Of a stretch of DNA of 64,000 nt, positions 26,001-33,405 are shown piece after piece. A model generated the notes under the pieces. It ran no database searches. It worked only from the letters and a program-made list of their open reading frames with translations, and was not told the DNA's origin. The position numbers were made by a program, and so were the translations under genes. Source of the DNA: an uncultured archaeon (lineage in GTDB: Archaea > Asgardarchaeota > Lokiarchaeia > Sigyniarchaeales > SOKP01). The first letter of the stretch is position 1. Every line of letters starts with the position of its first letter. The DNA lies in assembly GCA_964653985.1 (NCBI GenBank), contig CAZZIC010000001.1, positions 15,489 through 79,488 on the forward strand, written 5' to 3'.

Positions 26001-27573
26001 CTTCACTCTTTTTCGTGATATCCTTGTTAACACTGGAAAATCTATACATTACACTCGTTCCAGCAGAAGTTTTTTCTCCTCTTAATGTAATTTCGATTGT
26101 CTTTAATTTTTTCAAGCAATCAAGAAAATAATCAACATTTTCAATTGCAATTCCTTTTACTAAATAATCATTGAGCTTTTCTTGAATTTTTTTTGTAGAT
26201 TTATCTTCTTTTAACGCGTTCTTCCAAATCCTCCACCAATTGTCAAAAATACCATGATATTTTAACTTTGAAGGAATGAACATTTTTAAAAGAATTCCAA
26301 CCGCAAAAATCCGATCTGTGTTACGATCATATTCAACATCAAAATAAATTGCTAAGGGTGAATATCTGGGAATCGAATACGAATAGGTTTGTTTATTTTT
26401 TGGGAATATCAGTCTATTATTTTTTAATGCTCTTGTCTTAAGTTTTAAGGTTGGTAATTCAGAATAAAGAGGTTTAGGTATGTTCCCTACCTTAATTCTA
26501 TCGAAATTATTTGATAGTTCGCCAATAGTCTGTATGTTAAATTCATTTTTCAACTGTTGAGCGATGGATTTCGAGGTGAATGGAAGAAGTTCGATAGCCC
26601 AATCCTCTGGATTATCCCTATCCTTCATTCCTAAAGTATTTTTACAATCCTCAATAAACTGACAATAACCACATCCATCATGGATATTTGTTTTTACTTG
26701 AGAAATTGGACATGGAGCTTTTCTCCATAATTTTTCAACAACTTTAACCACTCTGTTGTAAATTCGATTTGATTCTTTCCAACTTATTGGAGTAATCAAC
26801 TCCTTGGCAAAGATATCTGCTATAAATGTAAGATCTTTAAATTCCTCTTCATCGTGCAATGGAAAGATTCCGTTATAATTTGCTCTAACGTAAAAAAGAT
26901 TATCCAAACCAATCTCTTTAAGATATAAAGCTAAGGTCTTTAAATAGTAAAAAATCTCAAAAAAATGTTTTTTACCAATATTCTCCTCATTAGTGTACTT
27001 TATATCAAAAATGGAAATGCCCAACCGGTCATTTTCCTTTTCTTTCGGTATTTTTTTTATACTTCCATCAGATAAGATTTCATATACAGAATCCAAATAA
27101 TGGTTTATCTTGTTTCCAATAAAAATTAAATCAGGTCTTTGGGAGGAATAATCTACTGGAATATTTTTTATTTTAGCTTTAGGATCAAAAAGTTTATAGA
27201 AAAAAATTTTAGGAATTTCAAATTCATATTCTAATAATAAAATGAGTGAGTTTGGAAATTTTCCTTTGAGTCTTTTATTTATATCAGTTAATATTTTGGG
27301 AGTAAGATAAGAATCTTGGATTATTCCATTGTGTTCATTATAGATGCTATTCTTAAGATTTTTAATATAAGAATAAATTAACTTTTCATATTCTTTTCCT
27401 TTCTCTTTGAGAAATTTTGTCTGAAAGATGAGTCTTTCAGGAGGAGTAGATGGTATTGGTCTCACGGGATTAAACCACAAATTTGGCTTATCTCGCCCTA
27501 ATTCCAAAAACAATCTCCTTTTACAATTAGTGAGAATATAGCTCTGAAGTAATGTCTTATTAAATTTAGCCAT
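23098..27573 (-). CDS. Cas4/Dna2-type Fe-S PD-(D/E)xK nuclease + RNase H-like domain + SF1B (Upf1/Dna2-like) helicase fusion, 1491 aa
   Basis: The N-terminal nuclease has C17, then RPDLIF, SIFDIKYT and FYYLKTLALY, then C301-x2-C304-x5-C310 (CGYCQFIEDC, nt 26644-26673), which is the Cas4/AddB/Dna2 iron-staple pattern. The middle region contains AIYFDVEYD...IFYWSRNQLDHL...LFDIQ, which looks DnaQ/RNase H-like. The helicase motifs are I GPPGTGKSQT (nt 24583-24606), II LICVDEASQL, III VVVVGDHNQLPPV, IV YRSHKDIVEF, V VEKFQGSDRDLIICS and VI FNVLTSRAKSKLIFI. Confidence 0.85.
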   Translation of the reverse strand: MAKFNKTLLQSYILTNCKRRLFLELGRDKPNLWFNPVRPIPSTPPERLIFQTKFLKEKGKEYEKLIYSYIKNLKNSIYNEHNGIIQDSYLTPKILTDINKRLKGKFPNSLILLLEYEFEIPKIFFYKLFDPKAKIKNIPVDYSSQRPDLIFIGNKINHYLDSVYEILSDGSIKKIPKEKENDRLGISIFDIKYTNEENIGKKHFFEIFYYLKTLALYLKEIGLDNLFYVRANYNGIFPLHDEEEFKDLTFIADIFAKELITPISWKESNRIYNRVVKVVEKLWRKAPCPISQVKTNIHDGCGYCQFIEDCKNTLGMKDRDNPEDWAIELLPFTSKSIAQQLKNEFNIQTIGELSNNFDRIKVGNIPKPLYSELPTLKLKTRALKNNRLIFPKNKQTYSYSIPRYSPLAIYFDVEYDRNTDRIFAVGILLKMFIPSKLKYHGIFDNWWRIWKNALKEDKSTKKIQEKLNDYLVKGIAIENVDYFLDCLKKLKTIEITLRGEKTSAGTSVMYRFSSVNKDITKKSEAELTIKMIKKLNLILQMCSIIEDHIIIDIDGKYGRYQIGPDTSIFYWSRNQLDHLQDMIQRNLDLVIDNIEARAAYEAILMYFTPSDTEVSNPYQYKKLFDIQSFAESCIGFPDVINYTWHSIANKLFDKLEIKTRMYWVPHFNYLDLASWLLYLREEDSNKKKKKRDVIKNQIILKLHVIDSLRIRFQKQGNIALSQNARTISRHDYKSAILPSDYHDIAHVWYLFSKLNSALQQQDDEYFRTMFPDFSIGKLISARVRDLKIHKLQGKSLKYTFNLIGLSSNMKLKEGDRVLLIPNSKRGIKLDKRIYKWIVYIERIKWEQSIKGNKISTKPTTTNVIEICKGEGLNPDTQKWYIYPISSDAWSSKLYNNKSRGLLQREHFGRSWLGARLAFLWDLRSKPKLKWPEKWNFTTPSIYLYAPSVLKKVNKTINNEKLISKIKPIPDTSQKEAILNSLENIISAILGPPGTGKSQTIASLIDEFVIRRKKQNKNVRILITSFSYAALRVVIDKVRRSKNILNKPTPSSRLQMVFIHSISKEPIGRDPTLRDVDNILRDGDTWKLNGESYTITKTKPLEESLKNDFIIFANAHQLYHLPKRVSEDFTFDLICVDEASQLPADYFMASLQFIKKPKINIEKLENLNPRKRITNKDSIKEITLVDNKIIDDSLTKVVVVGDHNQLPPVRVKKPPKNLEIILDNIFRYYVEGHEISRKQLKVNYRSHKDIVEFTSKLGLYDNLKAYKENANRVLKGSVDDIKQSWIKEVLKPSRVACSIIHSEKFEIGISLFEAQIVAEIVKGFYEMISPLTVQEENTFWQQQIGVVAPHNAQGRTIIRNIFQLFEPFTKLSKSKLMQALKETVYSVEKFQGSDRDLIICSIGLSDEDKLQMEDEFIYNLNRFNVLTSRAKSKLIFISSNKFINYIPDEREILKYSSKIYMYVKEYCNREIPLQIKNKSTNLLQKVKLRYKK

Positions 27574-27600
27574 GAATTAATCCATCTTCTTTCTAGTAAT

Positions 27601-27609
27601 TATATAAAA
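27601..27609 (-). promoter_or_regulatory. candidate archaeal TATA box for the nuclease-helicase/Mre11/Rad50 operon
   Basis: The minus strand reads TTTTATATA with 27 nt between the box and the ATG at 27573. This predicts a leaderless or very short-leader transcript. The background is AT-rich, so specificity is limited. Confidence 0.4.
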
Positions 27610-27843
27610 CTTTTGATTCTTTTTAAACAATAGACTAAGGAAATTTTTTATAAAAGAGGTCCTCTCTTTTAATTTTATAAATATTCAGAAATGTTTAACG
27701 TAATTAGGTTTAAATTAATTGTTATCAAACAAAAAATAACGGTATATATACTTGTTTAATAATGGGAAATGACTACAGTAAATTAAATTAATTTTAATTC
27801 CCTAATTAATCAGTTAAAAGTTATACTTATTTTACGTTAAGAT

Positions 27844-27942
27844 ATGAGTGTCTGTTGTAATATTTGCGGATATGAAATCGAAAAGGAAGAAGAGGGCTTT
27901 TATTATTGTCCAATATGTGATGGAGAAACTTATTTTTCTTAA
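27844..27942 (+). CDS. 32-aa zinc-ribbon mini-protein
   Basis: The sequence MSVCCNICGYEIEKEEEGFYYCPICDGETYFS has a CxxC-x14-CxxC pattern. It falls below the ORF-track length cut-off and lies 35 nt upstream of the next gene. Confidence 0.45.
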   Translation: MSVCCNICGYEIEKEEEGFYYCPICDGETYFS

Positions 27943-27977
27943 AAATCTTTTAGTCGTACATTCCGGTTGAATAAAAA

Positions 27978-28304
27978 ATGTCCAATAAAAAAAAATATGA
28001 AGATACGTGGAAAACTAATCGACAATGGCTTATTGATCTTCTTAAAGACAAAAAATATGAATTAAATTTAGAAGATGTGATGAGAGATTTTGAATATCGA
28101 AGCAAGAAAGCGTTAATTAGAGATGTGATGAGCGTAGCCAACACTCTTAAAAACCAAGAAATCACTATTTTGGTCAATCCTGCGAGATGTAAGGATTGTG
28201 GATATAGGTTCCGACAAAGAAAAAGAAAGTTAAAAATCCCCTCTAAATGTCCAAAATGTAAAGGAGAACGTATATCTTGGCCTTCGATTAAAATAGAAGA
28301 GTAG
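27978..28304 (+). CDS. small HTH + Zn-ribbon putative transcriptional regulator
   Basis: This 108-aa protein has a helical N-half and a C-terminal ribbon CKDCGYRF...KCPKCKG, an architecture like archaeal HTH-Zn-ribbon regulators. Confidence 0.6.
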   Translation: MSNKKKYEDTWKTNRQWLIDLLKDKKYELNLEDVMRDFEYRSKKALIRDVMSVANTLKNQEITILVNPARCKDCGYRFRQRKRKLKIPSKCPKCKGERISWPSIKIEE

Positions 28305-28461
28305 ATTATGTTCATTTTTATTTGTAATTGACTTTTCGTTCCTCATTTAAAATATATATTCATTTAGTGATTCGTTCTCTTACAATCTTAACAAGACTTT
28401 TTGATAATGATTTTTTATTATACCTATTAGATTCTAATAAGAAAAAAGTGAAGAAAAGACT

Positions 28462-29655
28462 ATGGAAAATAAAGATATAGTTATATGTTATGCAAAAAGG
28501 ACACCGATTGGAGATTTTGGAGGTTCTCTTTTACCATATAATGCAAGTAAACTGTTATCTCTCTGTATAAAGGATTGTATTGAAACTACAAGTATAGATC
28601 CAAATATAATCGCTGATATAAAATCGGGCTGTTGTATGGAACCACAAGAAGAAATGAATGTTGCGAGGGTTGCATCTCTAATGGCTGACATTCCAAATAA
28701 GGTTCCGGCAGTCACAATAAATCGTGTTTGTACATCTGCAATGGAAGCGGTGAGAGCAAGTATGGTAGATATTCAATTGGGATATGGAGATGTTGTACTT
28801 GCGGGAGGGACTGAAAGCATGAGTAATGTATCCTATTATGTTCCTTCAGCCCGTTTCGGGGCTCGGCTTTTTAACAAGGAGCTAAAAGACGGGATAATGG
28901 AAGGATTACATGCGGGTTCTAAGGTATTTGGGGAAGGTTATATTATGGGCATGACGGCTGAATTTATCGCTGATAAGTATAGCGTAACTCGAGAAATGCA
29001 AGATAAAGCTGCATTAGATTCTCATAATAACGCCGAAAAGGCAACAAATTCAGGAAGATTCGAAGAGGAAATTATTCCTGTAGAAGTTAAAACGAAAAGG
29101 AAATCATATGTCTTCGATAAGGATGAGCATTTCCGTAAGGGTTTAACTATGGAAGATCTAAGTAAATTACGAACGGCTTTTAAAGGAGACGGAACTGTAA
29201 CTGCTGGAAATAGTTCAGGTATAAACGATGGGGCTTGTATGACTTTAATTACTACCAAAGAAAAAGCCGAGGAATTAGGCTTAACTCCATTAGCAAGAAT
29301 CGTGACCATTAGTAAAGTCGGAAATGACCCGAAATACATGGGTATGGGTCCGAAATACTCAATTCCAAAAGCTCTAGAGCAAGCAAATATGACAAAGAAA
29401 GATATTGGATTGATAGAAATAAATGAAGCATTCGCTGCTCAATATGTTGCTTGTATGGAAGATCTTGGGCTTGATTATGAGATCACAAATGTAAATGGAA
29501 GTGGAATTGGATTAGGACATCCAGTTGGATGTACTGGAGCAAGAATTATAGTAACACTTATTCATGAAATGTATAAGAGAGATGTTTCATACGGTTTAGC
29601 TTCCTTGTGTGGTGGTGGCGGAGTTTCAGAAGCCACAATCATTGAAAAACTTTAA
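28462..29655 (+). CDS. acetyl-CoA C-acetyltransferase (thiolase II type)
   Basis: The motifs are NRVCTSAMEAV (acyl-Cys), GNSSGINDGA, NEAFAAQ, GHPVGCTGARI and LCGGGG. Confidence 0.9.
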   Translation: MENKDIVICYAKRTPIGDFGGSLLPYNASKLLSLCIKDCIETTSIDPNIIADIKSGCCMEPQEEMNVARVASLMADIPNKVPAVTINRVCTSAMEAVRASMVDIQLGYGDVVLAGGTESMSNVSYYVPSARFGARLFNKELKDGIMEGLHAGSKVFGEGYIMGMTAEFIADKYSVTREMQDKAALDSHNNAEKATNSGRFEEEIIPVEVKTKRKSYVFDKDEHFRKGLTMEDLSKLRTAFKGDGTVTAGNSSGINDGACMTLITTKEKAEELGLTPLARIVTISKVGNDPKYMGMGPKYSIPKALEQANMTKKDIGLIEINEAFAAQYVACMEDLGLDYEITNVNGSGIGLGHPVGCTGARIIVTLIHEMYKRDVSYGLASLCGGGGVSEATIIEKL

Positions 29656-29773
29656 ACCTTTTAAATCCTCTTTTATTTTTTCTTAAAATAGTATATTTGA
29701 ATATTATTTGATGTTTTCTAATAATGTTTTACAGAAAATAAAAAAATGATTCCGAAAAAAAAAAAATTAGGAA

Positions 29774-30901
29774 TTAGTTATTTTTTTTATTACAAGAAGA
29801 TTTTCTATTACGTATTAATAGTATAACAATTGATATACTAAATATTGCTATTATCGTGCTTAGTTTAAATCCGGGAATTTTATTTGACTTTATAGTGATT
29901 TTAATTGTTTTTGAAACATAATTTCCCGAGGGATCATATGCTCTAATTTCTAACCAGTAATTTCCGACTGAAAGCTGATTTGTATTGGTAAGAATCCCAT
30001 CCGAATCAATTTCGAAATTCTCCGTCTCATTTATCCAATATTGTTCTATCTCATTGTTGTCTGACGCATTCAGATCATATGAGAATGATTCTCCAATATT
30101 AAGAGTTTGATTAGTTGGAGGTTCATCCCACGTTGGTTTCTCTTGATCTTGAATCAAGAGTTTATAAATAACAGCATTTGAATGATCTGACTCCCATATA
30201 TATTGTCCGTCCCATGCTAATCCATGGTTATTTTCCGCTGTACCCTTGAAATCAGCAACAATCATACCATTTGAATGATCTATTCTATATATCTTTTTTT
30301 CTGAGGTTATTGAGACTAGTAAATCTTGTCCATCCCATGTCAATCCTTTGGGATCTATCCTTGGAGAATCAAATGAATCGATTAGTTCCCCACTAGATGG
30401 ATCTATCTTAAAGATTTTTCCTAGGGCATTGTCAGCATTCCACAAATATCGTCCATCCCATGCTAAGCCCGTTGGTTGATCTTCAGGAGCTTCGAACGAT
30501 TCAATAATACTTCCAGATGAAGGATCCAGCTTATAAATCATTGCCTCCTCCCATTCAGCACACCAAAGACTCTCTCCGTCCCATGTTAATCCAGAAGGCT
30601 CATTTCCTGGAGCATCGAATGATTGAAGAAGATCACCGTTTGATGGATTCATTTTATATATTTTATCTTGGTCATTTTCAGCAAGCCATAAGTGATCACC
30701 ATCCCATGCCAACTCAGTCAAATATTTTGGAGCAGATAGGGAATCTACTTTATTTAATGTGCCTTGTGGTTTAAGTGGATGATCTGAATAATTATTATAT
30801 CCATTATTCGCTGTAATTCCCAAAAATATTGGATTAAATGAAATCAATAAAATCAAGAACAAAAAAATTACAATTGGATTTTTTTTAAAAAAGTTTGCCA
30901 T
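29774..30901 (-). CDS. secreted/surface protein: signal/TM, five-blade beta-propeller-like repeats, Ig-like domain, PGF-CTERM-like anchor
   Basis: The N-terminus is hydrophobic (IVIFLFLILLISF). A WDG motif recurs at residues 66, 107, 148, 189 and 230, giving an exact 41-aa period (nt 30155-30721). The C-terminal IPGFKLSTIIAIFSISIVILLIRNRK lies at nt 29777-29875. Confidence 0.75.
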   Translation of the reverse strand: MANFFKKNPIVIFLFLILLISFNPIFLGITANNGYNNYSDHPLKPQGTLNKVDSLSAPKYLTELAWDGDHLWLAENDQDKIYKMNPSNGDLLQSFDAPGNEPSGLTWDGESLWCAEWEEAMIYKLDPSSGSIIESFEAPEDQPTGLAWDGRYLWNADNALGKIFKIDPSSGELIDSFDSPRIDPKGLTWDGQDLLVSITSEKKIYRIDHSNGMIVADFKGTAENNHGLAWDGQYIWESDHSNAVIYKLLIQDQEKPTWDEPPTNQTLNIGESFSYDLNASDNNEIEQYWINETENFEIDSDGILTNTNQLSVGNYWLEIRAYDPSGNYVSKTIKITIKSNKIPGFKLSTIIAIFSISIVILLIRNRKSSCNKKNN

Positions 30902-31147
30902 ATTTAACCAATATATATAATAAGGAAAGGTCTTTATAAGTATAATTTTTCAATAATCTTTTAAATGGGATATTTCGAGTCTTTTGAAAAATAGGTTATT
31001 TTAGATCTACTATTAAAAAAGATTTTTCTTGATTTTAGCGATGGAATTTTAAAATTGAAGTTTCCTCAAGAAGGGGAAATAAAAATAATTATTATTCTAA
31101 AATTTCAAAATTTTTTTAAAAGGTTTTAGGCTAATTATTTATTATAA

Positions 31148-32272
31148 ATGAATGATAAAAATGAAATTATCTCTGAAGTAGAATTATATAAGTATACTTT
31201 ACCCTACAAAGTTCCATCCAAGATCGCGCTTGGTACCTCCTATGAAGCAAATAATCTATTGGTTCGAATAAATACTAAATCGGGACTCTATGGCTTAGGT
31301 GAATGCTCCTCCAGTTATAAAATTACAGGGGACACCCAAGGATCAAACTTTGAAGTGGGAAAATATTTAGCAAAGATAATTAAGGGAAAAAATTTCCTTC
31401 CAATAGATTATTTAAGAGAAGAAATTAATAATGCTATTGTAGGTCAAACTCAAATAAAGAGTGCCTTCGATTTAGCACTTTATGATTTACTGGCCAAATA
31501 TTATGACGTTCCTCTTTATTCATTATTAGGGGGAGAAAAAAGAGAAATTTACACCGACTGTACTTTATTCATCCATGATGATTTGGAAGATTCTATCAGA
31601 GATGCTAAACTAATTGCTAAAAATGGATTTCCGGCAATTAAAGTTAAAGTTGGAATTAATGATACACAAGATTTAGAACTCGTAAGTTCAATAAGAGAAG
31701 AATTGGGAGAGGATATCGAAATAAGAATTGATGCTAACCAAGGATGGAATCTTCCTCAAGCTATTAGAATGTTAAATAAATTAAGAGAATTTAATCTTCA
31801 ATTTGCCGAACAACCATTAAAAAGATGGGATTATCAAAATCTAGTTCGTCTCAAAGAAAAAAGTAGCATTCCTATTTGTTTAGATGAATCTTTATTTAAT
31901 GAACACAACGCCTTCCATCTTGCTTCAATTGGAGCTTGTGATATTTTTAATATTAAATTAGGTAAATCAGGAGGGATTCATAGTGCCCTTAAAATTAATG
32001 AAATTGCAAAATCTACGGGGATGAATTGCATGTTAGGTTGTATGTCCGAATCTAGGTTAGGTCTAAGTGCGGCAGCACATCTTGCTTCTGCTAGACCTAA
32101 TATTAAGTATTTGGATTTAGATTCCGCTCTATTTTTTAAATCAGATCCCATTGAAGGAGGAATTAAATATGATAATCAGATTAAAGGAAAAATAACACTT
32201 CCAGATACTCCTGGACACGGCGCAAAGATTAGAGATGATTTTCTCAGAGAGCAAGAAAAATTAATAATTTAG
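31148..32272 (+). CDS. enolase-superfamily dipeptide epimerase (L-Ala-D/L-Glu epimerase-like)
   Basis: The motifs are AIKVKVG (KxK), IRIDANQGW, FAEQP, LDES, FNIKLGKSGG and MLGCMSES. Confidence 0.8.
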   Translation: MNDKNEIISEVELYKYTLPYKVPSKIALGTSYEANNLLVRINTKSGLYGLGECSSSYKITGDTQGSNFEVGKYLAKIIKGKNFLPIDYLREEINNAIVGQTQIKSAFDLALYDLLAKYYDVPLYSLLGGEKREIYTDCTLFIHDDLEDSIRDAKLIAKNGFPAIKVKVGINDTQDLELVSSIREELGEDIEIRIDANQGWNLPQAIRMLNKLREFNLQFAEQPLKRWDYQNLVRLKEKSSIPICLDESLFNEHNAFHLASIGACDIFNIKLGKSGGIHSALKINEIAKSTGMNCMLGCMSESRLGLSAAAHLASARPNIKYLDLDSALFFKSDPIEGGIKYDNQIKGKITLPDTPGHGAKIRDDFLREQEKLII

Positions 32273-32593
32273 ATAAGAAAAAGAGAAAAGGAAAATGAAA
32301 AATTAAAATCCTTTAAGATCCCTTTTTTCATTCTCTTTGTGAATAGTTTTCAAATACTCTTTTTCTTTCTCCTTATGGAGTTGGTAAATGTTTTGCAAAG
32401 ACAAAACCGTTTAAAATACCATTTGCTAAAAGACCTAAACTATAATTAATTTTAATTTTACCATGGATATATTCTTCTTCCAAAATTTTTTCATTATCCA
32501 TAACCTTATCTCTCCTATAGGCTTTATATACCTTTCTATAAATAGAATTGAGATTTCAAATTGTAGAAATGTAATTTAGAACATCTTCCTTGT

Positions 32594-33226
32594 TCAGTTA
32601 GACCTCGATTCTGGTTCTAAATCCTCGTGAGGATCTGTTTCTTTAAGCTCATTAGTTTCATGAGATAAGTGTTTTGATGCAAATATAATTCTTTGTAGTG
32701 CCGTTAAATTAGTACCGATGGCCATGAAGATCATAGTCCAGAATAATGCTATATTAAACCATATTTGTAAAATCGCCCCAATCAAAAGAATTGGGACTCT
32801 ATCCGTTCTCTCCAGCAAACCGACTCCATATAAATCTTTTATTCCCGCAACTTCAATCCTTGCTCTTGTATAAGAAGTCATCAATGCTCCAATTAAAGTG
32901 ATAAGAGCAATGGGTATTGTCGTATATCCACTGAATAAAATTCCTATAAGAATTGCAAAATCTCCATACCTGTCTAATGTTGAATCTAAAAAACCCCCAA
33001 ATTTTGTTGGTCCTTGAGCCCGAGCAACTATCCCATCAAGTTGGTCAAAAAATTCGGTTAAAAACAAAAATATAATGATGATGGGCAAAAATTGAAGGTA
33101 AAATCCAAAAAAACTCACAATAGCACATATTAAACCTCCAATCGTGAAATAATTTGCTGGAATGGTGGATAGTTTCTCACCAAGAGGCTTTAATTTTTTA
33201 GAGATCTTTTTTATCTGTAAGAGCAT
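32594..33226 (-). CDS. CDP-alcohol phosphatidyltransferase (archaeal polar-lipid head-group synthase type)
   Basis: The motif DGIVARAQGPTKFGGFLDSTLDRYGD matches D-G-x2-A-R-x8-G-x3-D-x3-D. The protein has multiple TM helices. Confidence 0.85.
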   Translation of the reverse strand: MLLQIKKISKKLKPLGEKLSTIPANYFTIGGLICAIVSFFGFYLQFLPIIIIFLFLTEFFDQLDGIVARAQGPTKFGGFLDSTLDRYGDFAILIGILFSGYTTIPIALITLIGALMTSYTRARIEVAGIKDLYGVGLLERTDRVPILLIGAILQIWFNIALFWTMIFMAIGTNLTALQRIIFASKHLSHETNELKETDPHEDLEPESRSN

Positions 33227-33405
33227 CCTTTCTTCTCCTTAACTTGATCTTACTTTCATTTACTCTTAATATAAACTCTTTAAATAGTGTCTTAATAAGT
33301 CTAGTAATACATTTAAAACTTTTATTTCTGAACTATTATTCCTTGAGATTCCGTTATTTTTCAAGACCTACAAGAAAAAAAAGAAAAAAGATTTGAAGAT
33401 AATTC

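Noticed and set aside
27950-28315. 121-aa minus-strand ORF overlapping the HTH-Zn-ribbon gene
   Set aside because: The plus-strand product has a clear CxxC...CxxC ribbon and a basic helix. The minus-strand product is hydrophobic low-complexity sequence and is probably a shadow ORF.
32373-32501. 42-aa minus-strand ORF (MDNEKILEEEYIHGKIKINYSLGLLANGILNGFVFAKHLPTP) downstream of the CDP-alcohol phosphatidyltransferase gene
   Set aside because: It resembles the first TM helix of a sugar/MFS-type transporter, but it is very short, has no continuation in any frame and has no ribosome-binding site. It is a possible relic and is not reportable as a gene.
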